Origin: Octopus sinensis
Taxonomy: Eukaryota
Direction: 5' to 3'
DNA: 64,000 nucleotides
Assembly (NCBI RefSeq): GCF_006345805.1
Contig: NC_043009.1
Span: forward strand, 63,612,001-63,676,000
The notes below the pieces were generated by a model. That model was given only the letters and a program-made list of their open reading frames with translations. It was not told the origin of the DNA and ran no database searches. Of the stretch, positions 36,961 through 50,606 are shown in pieces (position 1 is the stretch's first letter; each line of letters starts with the position of its first letter). The position numbers were made by a program, and so were the translations under genes.

Positions 36961-37606
36961 TATATACACAGACATATATATATATTTTTACATATATGTA
37001 TGTATATATATATATATATATTTATAGTAAGCAAGATAGGATTAAACATGTGTGTGTACATATATTATTTACATTGATATATATATATTATATATATATA
37101 TATATATGTATATGTATATGTATGTATATATATTATATTTACATCATCGTCATCATCATTTTGACATTCATTTGCCCATGTTTGCATGGGTCAGACAAAA
37201 TTTGTTGAAGCAGATTTTCTATGGCCAGATGCCCTCCCTCGTGCCAACCCCCACCTGTTTCCAAGAGAAGTAACATCTCCCCATGACCAGACATGAAGAA
37301 CACTACTTGTGACCTCATATACAGCTGTAGAGCAACGACAAGACAAGAATACAGACACACACATGCATAACTGGTTTCTTTCAATTTCCATCTATCAAGT
37401 CCCCTCATAGGGCTTTGGCCAGCCCAGTGTTATAGCAGAAGACACTTGCCATAGAATGGGACTGAACCCAAAACCAAGTGGTTGGGAAGCAAACTTAACC
37501 GCATAGCCATATTTATGCTCATTATATAAATATTTATATACATACCTATATATTTAAATATTTACATGCATACAGATATATATGTGTGTGTGTATATGTA
37601 TGTATG

Positions 37607-37638
<32 letters not shown>

Positions 37639-38097
37639 TATATATGGAAAACAGAAGGACAAGAACACTAACGAGAAATGTTACAGGAGCAATACTATTA
37701 GTAATTAACAATCATTCAATTACAACAACAATGAAAAACATAACACACCAACACACCAAAACAATAATTAGTAACAACACGAATATATATACACACACAC
37801 ACAATTTGAGGAAGCAATATCCACATAAGGGATTGTTAAAAACAATCCTAATGCCAACTGGGTTTATCCAAATATATTGATAGGAAATTGTTATATTTCG
37901 GAATGGTCATTTTGCCAGTTTAGCAACAACAAAATAACAACAACAATGAAAAATATAACACACCAACACACCAAAATAATAATAATTTGCTTCCTCAAAT
38001 TGTGCGTGTGTATATATATATATATATATATTTGTGTCGTTACTAATTATTATTTTGGTGTGTTGGTGTGTTAAAATAATAATTAGTAACGACACAA

Positions 38098-38130
<33 letters not shown>

Positions 38131-38221
38131 ATTTGAGGAAGCAATATCCACAAAATAACCCCACCAAAACATATTTATTGATAGGAAGATCATCAATATA
38201 TATGTGTATAACCGGTCTCGT

Positions 38222-38697
38222 GAAATTAAAAAGTCAATAAAATAAAATGGAGAAGAAAAACTAAGAAGATGCTTGGTTTGTTTTGTTTGTATTACAATTG
38301 GAAAGGCAAATTAAAAGATGAGAAAATATACCTATGGGAGTATGAAAGGAACTGCCTCAACCAACAAAATAAACCCCCAAAATATCCCCCAAAAATATTC
38401 TACATACATACATATGTTTCGATATAACAAAATACAGATTACTGAATCTTTTAAAGTTATAATTATTGATGATACTTAAATATTGTTATATCAAGACATA
38501 TGTATGTATGTAGAATATCTTTTTGGGGAGATATTTTGGGGTTATTTTGTTGGTTGAGGCGTTCCTTTTATACTCCTATAGGTATATTTTTCCATCTTTT
38601 AATTTGCATTACTTTTCCATTTGTAATACAAATAAAACAAACCAAGCATCTTCTTAGTTTTTCTTCTCCGTTTTCTTTTATTGACTTTTTTAATTTC
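38222..38697. repeat. Inverted repeat, arms of about 210 bp, 52-nt spacer
   Basis: 38222-38430 is the diverged reverse complement of 38483-38697. Confidence 0.9.
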
Positions 38698-38709
38698 TGT
38701 GTTTCTTTC

Positions 38710-39200
38710 AAATCTTGGCCAGTTTCTTGAGAAAGGGATCTCTTTTCATATGTCTTTGGAAGCACAAAGCCAGCAAGATATTTTGACAAGAGAAATAACA
38801 ACAACAACACAGCACTGCTTGTGGCGTGTGCTTTTTGGAGAAATATAAATGTAAACAAGCGGCGTTAGGAAGGGCATCCAGCTGTAGAAATACTGCCGGA
38901 TCAGACTGGAGTCTGGTGCAGCCTCCTGGCTTCCCAGACCCCAGTTAAACCGTCCAACCCATGCTAGCATGGAAAACGGACGTTAAACGATGATGATGAT
39001 GATGATGATATGTGTGTGTGTGAGTATGTAGGCATGTTCATGCGTCTATGCTTGTTTACATTTATATTTCTCCAAAAAGCACACGCCACAAGCAGTGCTG
39101 TGTTGTTGTTGTTATTTCTCTTGTCAAAATATCTTGCTGGCTTTGTGCTTCCAAAGACATATGAAAAGAGATCCCTTTCTCAAGAAACTGGCCGAGATTT
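38710..39200. repeat. Inverted repeat, 151-bp arms, near perfect, 189-nt spacer
   Basis: 38710-38860 versus 39050-39200; one mismatch was seen. Confidence 0.93.
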
Positions 39201-39305
39201 AGTGATGTGAAGGGCATCTGATTCTAAATCAATGCTTCAATAATCTTGCCATCAAACCCATGCTAGCATGGGAAAGTAAAAATAAACAGTGGTAATATTA
39301 ATTAA

Positions 39306-39505
39306 CCCTTTCGTTACTGTATTTATTTTGAGATGCTCTGTGTTTCTTTCAATTTACTTTAAATATAACGAAGAATTTAGTAAAATAGCTCTGTTATCAT
39401 TAAGCTAGTGTTAGGAACATAAAAGATTTTAATTCAAAACTTATGAAAACAAAATATTTGCACTCAGAGCCACAACCGGTTTCAACCGGGTTGATAATGA
39501 AAGGG
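39306..39505. mobile_element. piggyBac-type MITE, family 2 (second copy 44659-44877)
   Basis: TTAA|CCCTTTCGTTAC...GAAAGGG|TTAA; two homologous copies. Confidence 0.85.
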
Positions 39506-39706
39506 TTAAAGAACGGCTGAGAAAAAATATTGACAGACATTTGCTGCATGATAACGTCATAGTATGTAGGCCCTAATATACTTGATATTTACTGAAGTTG
39601 ATAGGGGTTTCTGCTGATAGCCTGGAGTTTATTGGTATCTATATTGCTACTACTACAGCCTTGTGATGGTACGTATCCTGACATTATCAGAGATTAATTA
39701 TATATA

Positions 39707-39923
39707 AGAGGAGGTGCTGAAAAGTTCCTGGCTTTAAGGGTATCGTGAAAGGCCCAGTTGAAGGCCCAATGTCCCAAGTTCATTTACAGAGCTTAGAGAA
39801 ACTGAAGGACCACTGCCATAAGTGTGTGAATCTGGGAGGGGAATATATTGAATAAAATCATAATTAACTGATCCTCCTATATTTTCTTTTACCGAAAGCC
39901 AGGAACTTTTCAGCACACCCTCG
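39707..39923 (+). mobile_element. Mariner-derived MITE
   Basis: TIRs of about 29 bp (GAGGnGGTGCTGAAAAGTTCCTGGCTTT), TA flanks, internal remnant of the transposase C-terminus (EKLKDHCHKCVNLGGEYIE*). Confidence 0.85.
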
Positions 39924-40638
39924 TATATACATATGTGTGTTCACGTGTGTGCATGCACACACTGGGAGCCAAGTGGCACACATACTGATATTACTGGAGT
40001 GTATATAGTAATATTACAGAAGATTCATGGTATCTTGACTGATATTGCTGGGGTTTAGTGGTTTCCAGACTGGACAATAGATTTAGGTACAGTTACTAAT
40101 GAAATCAGAGTTTATTAATTAAAATTATTATAATTACATTATAACTATAAAGACAACTAGTCTAACCATAAAGCTGTTGAAATATTGCCTAAATTGCACA
40201 AAAAAAAAATAGTCAAAAGTTTAGTATTAGCAAAGAGTCAAAAAAACATAGAGGAAAGACAAAAAAAATGGATAGAAATCAATTTAAAGATAATAATTTA
40301 TCCAAGTAAAATGAAGCAAGACAAAGAGATAATTAAGGAAAAAAAACAAAGAACGGTGTTTTTAGTGAATTGGTATATTAGTAAGAAAATCTTACCTTTG
40401 GAAAAGTGAACAGAAGATTTCGCTTTTGTTCTGTTTTTGCTTTTTTTTTAAACAGTAATTATTAATGAAATAAATAAAATCCATAAAACGGGTAAAAAAA
40501 GCAGAAAGAGAGGGTTAAAGGTGTGTGGGCGAGTTGAAACTGAAACGACTACTGGAAAGGTAAGTGAGTGTTACAGATATAAGCAAGGACTAAATATGAC
40601 ACAGAATATTCTCTAGCTTTGGTCCAAGACACACTTAC

Positions 40639-40716
40639 CAATGGCAGCCTACTTCCTTCTTTGAAACTATCTGAACTGTAGCTCCTAAGTAATGAGCTTG
40701 GTTCTGATATCTTCAC
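40639..40716 (-). CDS. MOSPD2: MOSPD2 exon: linker (VKISEPSSLLRSYSSDSFKEGSRLPL)
   Basis: 78 nt, phase 0-0, tttctttccgaag|GTG...TTG|gtaagt. Open frame compatible with both neighbouring exons; no domain homology to confirm it. Confidence 0.75.
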
Positions 40717-43700
40717 CTTCGGAAAGAAAGAAATTGCAAACCAAGTTCAGAATTAGTTCCTCTCAACTCTATAGTGACGGCATACAGCATATAGAGAGAA
40801 AAACCACGATGGCTGTCACGCACACACAGACACAGCGAGTCTACCATAAGGGGGAAAATGAATGAAAGGTGAAGGGGGTCGGGTTCGAGAGTAAAATGAA
40901 ACACTCTAAGTAAACAGTGGAATCCATTTTAACGCAGCTGATAATCTTCTCCAGTGAAATTCTATGAAAGCATCGCAGCCTCCGTAATGTTCTTTGTTTT
41001 CTAAGGGGATTCAATTCAGGTTTGTCCTTCTTACTATGAAACTGTTTGTCTGAGTTGGTAGAGTCAGTAGAGTAACCAACAGAATGACAGTAGAAGTTAG
41101 TTACGATCTTTTACATTCTGAGTTCAAATCCTACCAAGGTTAACTTTGCCTTTTATCCTTTCGGGCCCAATAAAATATAAGTACCAATTGAGCACTGGTG
41201 TCAATTTATGTTGGTTTCAAATTTTGGTACGAGGTCGACAATTTCAGGAGACGGGATCAAGTCAATTACATCGACCCCAGCACTCAACTGGTACTTATCT
41301 TATTGACCCTAAAAGGAAGAAAGGTAAATCAACCTTGGCAGAATTTGAACTCAGAACATAAAGACACATGAAATGCTACTAAGAATTTAGCCCTGCAATC
41401 TAACAGTTCTGCCACCATGTTGATTTGTATTGCATCCACAAATGTGAATGGGGTTATAATAGAATACAGGATATGGTGCAAGGTTCTCGTGATAATGGTT
41501 AACAAATTAGTTCTTAGAGTCTCTCGTAGAGAGACTTACAAATAATAATATTTCTATTTTTGAAAACCAGTGGATGTATTCCACTGAATTTAGGTAAATA
41601 ATCCTTCGAACAGACAGTCAGTAGTGAAGCCTGCTGGGTTTGTTTACTCTGCATTGATAAGGGGCAAATACCCTGAAACTAGTCTGCAGATGCCTGACCA
41701 GCAAGGAGAAGCGGCTGACCTCCCCTGTTCGAAGGTTATAATGGACACAGGTTTGTGTGTCACATAGCTAGCTAGAGGCGATGACCTCTTGGAGCTAATC
41801 AACGGCAGCATTCATCCTATATTTCTGGACTGCCATATTAGCTCGGCGATAACTATTAATAAACTAGTTCTTCATTTCAAAGAAATCAGAAAACAAAGTC
41901 TGAATGACTGGCAAAATCAAGAATCAGACACCAAAGAAAGGAGAAGGATTACTAACAGACATTGAAACCAAAAACAGTCTTGAAAAGAGAATATTAATAT
42001 TCAATGTACAGTTAGCATCAGAAGAAACATGCCAACCAGGAAAATTTTAAAGATCAAAAACTTCAATAAAGGTGAGATATGGATGTTTTCTATCAATTCA
42101 TTGATAGCAATCATTATTTTTACAAATCTCCTGTGAATATTTCTGCAGAGAAAATTGATGTCAAACTGCATCTCAGATACAAGAGGCATGAAGAAATCAA
42201 CGACTGACCTTTTTTTTTTTTTTTTGACCCTTTAGCATTTAAACCAGCCATATCAGGCCAAAATGTTCCAGTTGTTTCATGTGGAAACCAGCCAGATCTG
42301 GCCTCTCACACCTACCCTACAAAATCATTCTCAAAGTAAACAGTGACACCATCAAAATCCCGGAGTTACAAGATGATGTGCAATGGATTTAAAACAATGA
42401 GAATTAACAAGTAAGCATTCCATCTGACAGAGCAATCTGAAATACTAAAGGGTTAAACTAGAACCTTTAGAAATTGGTTGAGGATGACAGTCTTAGATAA
42501 ATCCTGCTGAGATTGGGGTGAACTGGGGGTCATTGTAATAACAACATATGACACAGCTGAAGTGAAAACTCAACATGTCCCCTGACCGACAAGAAATAGT
42601 GGCAGGTCTCTTTGGGAAAAAATGGAATAATCACAGATGGATATAAAAAAAAAGATTCTTTTAATCATAGTCAGCTGGATCAGGACTGACCCAAGGATAT
42701 TCTAAAACCATAGAATATCTGGTATATGTTGCATCTGTCAAAATTAGACACATCATCACATCATCATTTAATGTCCTCCTTCGATGCTGGCATTTTTTTT
42801 TCACCCTTTTCAAGCCTAGCCAGGCTCATGGGCCCGGTTTCCCGGTCTCTATGGCGTATGTGTTCCCCCCCAGCTGGACGGGATGCCAGTCCATCGCAGC
42901 ATTACTCAAGAAACAGGAAGAAAGAGTGAGGGAAAGTTGTGGAGAAAGAGTACAGCAGGGATCGCCACCACCTCCTGCCGGAGCCTCGTGGAGCTTTAGG
43001 TGTTTTCGCTCAATAAATACACACAACACCCGGTCAGGGAATCGAAACCGCGATCCTCTGACTGCAAGTCCGCTGCTCTAACCACTGGGCCATTGCACCT
43101 CCACGTTCGATGCTGGCACAGGTTGAACAATTTGACAAGAGCTGGCAAGGTGGAAGACTGCACCTCTTGAAAATGTTTGGTAACATCTTTGGTAGCATTC
43201 TTTCTTTCTGTAAATGTCTGAAACGTTTCATGCAATTACACCAGTTGCCCTTCTGTGGAGCCACATTAAACGGAAGATTCTTACAGAGGAAACTGGGTGT
43301 GAATGTATGTAAAATGTGAAGTGAGACATGATAGATCTCCTTTCAGACAAAACACCTGAGATCAGACACACACGCACACAACACACACACACAAACACAC
43401 AGAGTGAAGTAAGTGCTATTTTATTAAATGTAACGAGCACAACTTTAATTAAACAAGACTAAACTGTACTAAACATTACTAAACTCAACCAAAAATTCAA
43501 AATAAAAAGCAAAAAGGTTGGGTTTTTTTGTTGGTTTTATTTTAGTGTTTTTTTAATTGAATTGACACATCAATGTCTTAATCCAAACTGGAAATAATTA
43601 AACTAATGAGCTCAAGGATTGTCTGATGTTTAGCAGACATGATAATTACTCCAGACATGTTTTGCATATATTTCAATTCCTCAAAGATACATAATCATGC

Positions 43701-43774
43701 AAGCAACTGTGAGATCAACAAAAATAGAAGAATATTTTATTGACATCCAAATTCCTTAAAGAAACTCAACTTAC

Positions 43775-43879
43775 CTTTCTTGAACTTGATGCGCCATCAG
43801 GTGAAATTTTGCTGTTGGTCACAGTGTCTGGTTCACAAAACATGGTCCCACTCGCAGTGTAACTGGAGTGGAACTTATC
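43775..43879 (-). CDS. MOSPD2: MOSPD2 exon: linker (DKFHSSYTASGTMFCEPDTVTNSKISPDGASSSRK)
   Basis: 105 nt, phase 0-0, catcttag|GAT...AAG|gtaagt. Open frame, and it starts like human DPFKYSY. Confidence 0.88.
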
Positions 43880-45611
43880 CTAAGATGCACAAAATAGCAC
43901 AACTCAATTAGGATGCATCAGATATTGTCTTTGAAGAGGTTAACAAGGTCATTTAATCCTTATCCCACACTCTGTCACAGATCAGGCTATCTCCTATATC
44001 AGTTTGAAAATTTGGCACAAGGCCAGCAATTTTGAGGGAGTAAATCGATGACACCGACCCCTGAACTCAACTGGTACTTATTTTATCAACCCCGAAAGGA
44101 TGAAAGGCAAATCTTACCTTGGCAGAATTTGAACTCAGAACATAAAGACAGATGAAATACTGCTAAGCATTTTGCCTGACATGCTAACGATTCCACCAGC
44201 TTCCTACCTTACTATTATCTTCTATACTGTTAGATTATACTGCAGCATTATTGGACAGAGCCAGTTATATTACCAGTACCAGGAACTTGCATTTACCACC
44301 AAGTGGTTTATGCTACCAACATACACATTGTCTGATGGTAGGCCTGAGAACTTGGTCTTGTGAATATATTCAAACCATCACTTATAACAACACTGATGTA
44401 CAAATCATGACCACAACCAACAACAAGGCACCCAAGGTCCCAAAGCCATGGCATACAAACTTCTTATGAAGATTCAGAAAGCCTTCACCAGTTAATGATA
44501 CACTTGATTCTAGTCTCAAAGAATGAAATATTTCTCTTTCTAACTTCAACTTTAGATTCACACCAACAATGGAGTAACAGGGTCAAGCGATAACATCTCT
44601 CATTCTCTGCATTCGTTAAAACATATTACTTAAATGTCAACAACAGTAATGAGGTTAACCTTTTCGTTAGTGTATTTATTTTGAGATGCTCTGTGTTTCT
44701 TTCAATTACTTTAAATATAACAAAGAATTTAGTAAAATAACTTTATCATTAAGCTAGTGTTAGGAATGTAAATTGTGACTAAAGGTTTGGTGGAAGATTT
44801 TAATTCAAAACTTATGAAAAAAAGACATTTGTTCTAAAGAGCCAGAGGCAGTTTCAACAGGGTTGGTAATGAAAGGGTTAAACACTATTTCAGAAAACAT
44901 TCTTCAAAATTTCCGTGGTTCCTGAAATTCACCAACAGTACACCAGATGTCTCCCAACACATTTTTCTATAAACAACACATTCACTGTTCACGCACTTTT
45001 TTTTTTCTTTTATTCATTTCATTCATTTGACTGCAGCCATGCTGGAGCACTGCCTTTCAGTCGAAGAAATTGACCCCAGGACGTATTCTTTGTAAGCCTA
45101 GTGCTTTGACCGAACCACTAAGTTACAAAAACGTAACCACACCAACATCGGTTGTCAAGCAATGATGGGAGGACAAACACAGGCACACAAACAAATAGAT
45201 ACACACACACACATACGACAGGCTTCTTTCAGTTTCCATCTACCAAATCCACTCACAAGGGTTTGGTTGGTCCGAGGCTATAGTAGAAGACACCTGTCCA
45301 AGGTGCCACGCAGTGGGACTGAACTCGGAACCATGTGGTTGGGAAACAAGCTTCTTACCACACAGCCACCCCTGCGCCTATACTTTTCCTGATGAGCTGT
45401 TGTGCACCTGGGCACTGTATACAATTAGTTCATTATTATTAACAGGTGAAAGTTCTTCAAATAATTTATAATGACCAATTTTCATTTTGGCTTTTATAAA
45501 AAAACCTCTTTATGAGCAACAGAAGAGTTAATTCTCCACTCAAAGCAAGATACAAGATACAAATATTACTAATTAAGTTAAAACAGAAGACAGCAAGAAT
45601 ATTTTAATTAC

Positions 45612-45736
45612 CGTTCCTCCCATTTGCTCCATCAGTTTATCTCGACTGATAAATTCTTGAATTGTGCCTTTGTCAACAAATTTTATTTTCTGAACTGCTT
45701 CGGGACTTAGCCATGTCTTGATAATTTTCCAGGCAG
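45612..45736 (-). CDS. MOSPD2: MOSPD2 exon: end of CRAL-TRIO domain (AAWKIIKTWLSPEAVQKIKFVDKGTIQEFISRDKLMEQMGGT)
   Basis: 125 nt, phase 1 to 0, tttccgtag|...ACG|gtaatt. Closely resembles the recalled human segment AAFKIVKTWLGPEAVSLLKF...HMGGT. Confidence 0.93.
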
Positions 45737-45842
45737 CTACGGAAATACAAAGGAAAAGAATTTATGTTAACAAGCAGTAAAAAAGAGTTGAGACAAACAG
45801 GCTGGATTTGCCATGACAGGTGTGTTGGAAAATAATGTGGTA

Positions 45843-45878
<36 letters not shown>

Positions 45879-46702
45879 AAAAAAAACAAAAAAAAAAAAC
45901 ACCATCCGAGCGTGGCCGTTCGCCAGCCTCGTCTGGCACCTGTGTCGGTGGCACATAAAATCACCCACTACACTCTCAGAGTGGTTGGCGTTAGGAAGGG
46001 CACCCAGCTGTAGAAACACTGCCAGATCTGACTGGCCTGGTGCAGCCTTCGGGCTCCCCAGACCCCAGTTGAACCGTCCAACCCATGCTAGCATGGAAAG
46101 CGGACGTTAAATGATGATGATGATGATGATGATGATATCACCATAATCACCATGACCGACCAGGCTATCAGATGTTGCTACACATCGCTGGCCACAATGC
46201 ACTTCGCATTGTTTTAGCCTTTAAATGACGCCACCCCGCTGACTAAGCAAGCAGGTCAGCAGAAGAAAGAGTGAGAGAAAGTTGTGGCGAAAGAGTACAG
46301 CAGGGATCATCGCCACCACCCCCTGCCGGAGCCTCATCGAGCTTTAGGTCTTTTCACTCAATAAACACTTACAACGCCCTGCCTGGGAATCGAAACCGCG
46401 ATCCTACAACCACGAGTCCGCTGCTCTAACCACTGGGCCATTGCGCCTCATGTCTCCTGTGCTGGTGGCACATAAAAGCACCATTCGAGCATAGTCAATG
46501 CCAGCACTGCCACCCGACTGGTCCCCATGCCGGTGGCATGTAAAAAGCACCCACTATACTCTTGAAGTGGCTGGTGTTTGGAAGGGCATCCAGCTGTAGA
46601 AACCTTGCCAGATCAGACTGGAGCCATGTGCAGCCTCCTGGCTTCCCAGTCCTCAGTCAAGCAATCGAACCCATGCCAGTATGGAAAACGGACGTTACAT
46701 GA

Positions 46703-46737
<35 letters not shown>

Positions 46738-49700
46738 TTATCATCATAATTTCACACTGGCATGGGTTGGACGGTTGGACAGGAACTGGCAAAGCCCGGA
46801 GCCACACGAGGTTCCGTAGTTTATTTCTACAGCTGGATGTCCTTCCTAATGCGAACCACTTTACAGAGGGTACTGGGTGCCTTTTACTTGGCATCGGCAC
46901 CAGTATTTTATACACAGCACTATCATTAGTGCTTTTTATATGGCACCAACACCAGTGCTGCTTCTTATATATATATATATATATTATATATATATATTAT
47001 ATATATATGAGTAGAAAGACAAAGAAAGAATAACAGGCATTAGGAATGTATTTATATGAAAAATTGCCTGAATTGAACATGTGTAATTTGCATACTTTGG
47101 CACAGGAAAGGCATCCAGCATGCACTGTAAAGTGGTTGGCATTAGGAAGGGCATCCAGCTGTAGAAACCATGCCAAATCAGACTGGAACTTGCTACAGCT
47201 AACTTGCCAGCTCTGGTCAAACCAGCCAACCCATGGCAGCATGGAAAACACATGTAAAATAGTGGTGGTGGTGGTGGTGGCGGTAGCGATGACGACAATG
47301 AATATATGAGAATCTGTGACCTCTATTTTCGGTAAGAAATTGGTAACAGTTTTAATGATCATATTAGCAACCAAAAAAAGAAGTTTTATGAGGTTTTACA
47401 GGAAAATTTTATGTCAATTTTAATGATCATGTCAGGAAGTTATGGCCATGGTGCAAGAAAGAGAGAATCATGATTTGTGGAGGGTTGCAGTGCAAATGAC
47501 CTTAACCAATCTGCAACAGAAGCTTGAGTTGAGTTAATTAACAAATCATCCAGTCATTTGCCACTGGAGGGGAGATGAGAGCCAAACAGACTTTGTATTT
47601 AGCAGAAAACAAAATAGGTTGGTGGCTGAGTATATCTACTGATTTCCTGCTGAAGAATTTACTCCTAAGCATGGGTTAGTGATTTTAGTTTGAGGATGAG
47701 GCAGACTTTGAAACAAAACACAAGAGAAAGAAAATATGGAAGTTTTCTAAAAAAAAAAAATCTTCTTGTTTAGAAAAACTTCCAAATAAAATTAGGAGGG
47801 GGGTGTTTTGATAAGTTGAAGAAACGGTTATAAAGTTGAAATCTGAGTCTTTTTAAGATACAAGATGCTGCATGACAGGTTTTTCTAATGAAGCAAGGAA
47901 CCAGTGAGGTTGTGGATAAGAGATGGTTTGGGAATGAGTGGAAGAAAGTGGGATGTAGAGATTAATAGCAAGAAGTTTATCAGGAAAGAAGATATGAGGC
48001 GGATCTAACCAGGAGAAAATCTGAAGAGAGATGAATAAAGTGAAATATTTTGAATTGCCAAGTAGAGCGGTGATATGAAATAAAATGGTGATTAAGTGAA
48101 GTCTTCAACAACACTGCTGGCATCAGTTGTTGGTTGTCGGAGCACTGCATCCTTCAAATCTTCCACGCTTCCTGAGATTCGCCAACACTACACCTGATTT
48201 TCTCCCCTCCATACACACGCAAGCATGTATCTGACTCATACACTGTTCACTTCCCAGACATTTGTACATTACTGCATATGCTTTAAACGCACTTTTGACA
48301 AGTTGTGGTGCACCTGAGCACTGTATACAATAATTTCATTATTATTATTATTATATAAGAAAAGAAAGAGGCATGGAAGTGCTTCTGTGAGATGAGCTTG
48401 AATGGGATAACAAGGGATCCAACAGAGGTACCAGCTTCTGAGATTAGCTTCAATATGATAAACATTAACAAGGAAATGAGGACAGGTCTATCAGGAAAAA
48501 CAGCAGGTCTATCACAGAGTTTCTTGGGGTGTTGAAAGCATCTGGCATATTCTGTTATTCTTTTAATAGTTTCAGCTCAAGAGCCGTGGCCATGCTGGAG
48601 CACCACTATAGGGGAATTATTTATGCTGTGGAAGCATAGGCCTAGTGATTAGAACAGCAGACTCACGGTCGAGGGATCACGGGTTCGAATCTCAGACTGG
48701 GCGATGTGTGTGTTTATGAGCGAAACACCTAAGCTCCATGCGGCTCCGGCAGAAGGTAATGGCGAACTTCTGCTGACTCTTTCGCCACAACTTTCTCTCA
48801 CTCTTTCCTCTTGCAGCTCACCTGTGATGGACTGGCATCCCGTCCAGGTGGGGAACCTATACACCAAGGAAACTGGGAAACCAGCCCTTATGAGCCAGGG
48901 ATGGCTCGAGAATGAACAAAAATGAATTATTTATGCTGTTAATGTCTAACCCGAAAGCCAGTCCTGACTGAGCAGATCTATAATCAAAAGCAATTCGGTT
49001 ATGATTATCCTGTCCTTTATTCAGACATAATGAATCTATATTATTATCCAATGTGGCCTTCCATTCTTTACAATAGCAGGGTGTGATTTAAAGATTTGGC
49101 TGCTACGTCTAACAGGTTAAGTGAACATGCTATCTTCAATGACCCTATCATCATAAACTGGTACAAAGGCAGGGGAGAAAGCACAGCTTCAAAACCCTGA
49201 AATTGGTGGGTTTAATCTTAAATTTAACTAAGAAGGGTGAATTCAGAATAGGATTAGCCAACTTGCATTTGTCTGAGAAATGCCATATTTCTAAAGGGAA
49301 TACAGAAGAAAAAAAAGTTAGTCAGTAAGAAGGCACAAAATGCCATGCCATCCTGGAAGAGGCTTTTGTCAATACACAGGAAAAAGGAAAGCTAGGACTT
49401 GATATTGTGTACCCAATACAGGTAAAGGGGACTCCATGTGTACATGGGGTCACTAGCAAGCTAACAAAACAATGAGTTTCAGATTTGATGGCTACACCTA
49501 CATAGTTAACTAGGGGACAGCCAATTCATGTCAGATACCTGACAAGCCATAGTTGATGGTTTCTGTTGGTTAAAGGATTTGATTAATGTGGGAGGGAGAT
49601 GGGTGTTACGAAAGTATAGGGACTGGAAAGGTTGTCAAGGTTTAGGAAGTTGTAAATTCTGTCAGTAATAAAGGCTTCCCTATTAATCCTTTCTACTATA

Positions 49701-50573
49701 GGCACAAGGCCTGATATTTGGGGGGAGGGGACTAGTCGATTACAGAATCGGTAGCACGCCGGGCGAAATGCGTAGCTGTATTTCGTCTGTCTTGACGTTC
49801 TGAGTTCAAATTCCGCCGAGGTCAACTTTTCCTTTCATCCTTTCGGGGTCGATAAATTAAGGACCAGCTACGCACTGGGGTCGATGTTATCGACTTAATC
49901 CGTTTGTCTGTCCTTGTTTATCCCCTCTATGTTTAGCCCCTTGTGGGCAATAAAGAAACAGATTACATCAACCCCAGTACTCCAACAGTATTTATTTCAT
50001 CGACCCCGAAAGGATGAAAAGTAAAGTCGACCTTGGTGGAATTTGAACTCAGAGTGTGAGGACAGGCGAAATACTGCTCAGTGTGTGCTAATGATTCTGC
50101 CAGCTCGCCACCTTATTAGGCTTCCTGATTAAAGTGGATGAATTAACGAGTAAAAAATGTGGTGCTGCACAGTAATGACACACAGGTATTGAGTGCAACA
50201 TGCATGCAGATACTAGAGAGAAACCAAGCAAGCACAATCCATAAGAACTGTGGTGCCCAACCATTTCTTTTACCTGCAGACCCCTTTGATTTCTGTTTTG
50301 CTCAACAAGACCCTCACCCATAGCCATGCGATGTTTAAAAAAAGCTTATTACATTTATATCTTTCACTCTTTTACTTGTTTCAGTCATTTGACTGTGGCC
50401 ATGCTGGAGCACTGCCTTTAGTCGAGCAAATCGACCCCAGGACTTATTCTTTGTAAGCCTTGTACTTATTCTATCAGTCTCTTTTGCCGAACTGCTAAGT
50501 TACGGCGACGTAAACACACCAGCATCAGTTGTCAAGCAATGTTGGGGGAACAAATGCAGACACACAAACATAT

Positions 50574-50606
<33 letters not shown>

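Noticed and set aside
41680-41740. Possible HDV-like ribozyme at an RTE 5' end
   Set aside because: I could not build the nested double pseudoknot (P1/P1.1/P2/P3 with correct loop sizes) by eye.
44382-44580. Minus-strand open frame ending TLGALLLVVVMICTSVLL*, a possible alternative TM exon
   Set aside because: No phase-0 acceptor with a polypyrimidine tract; the hydrophobicity comes from a TTG/GTT-rich run.
46990-47070. AIFHINTFLMPVILS resembling the IFDMPWL exon
   Set aside because: No Trp, wrong phase and no donor; overlaps a family D motif.
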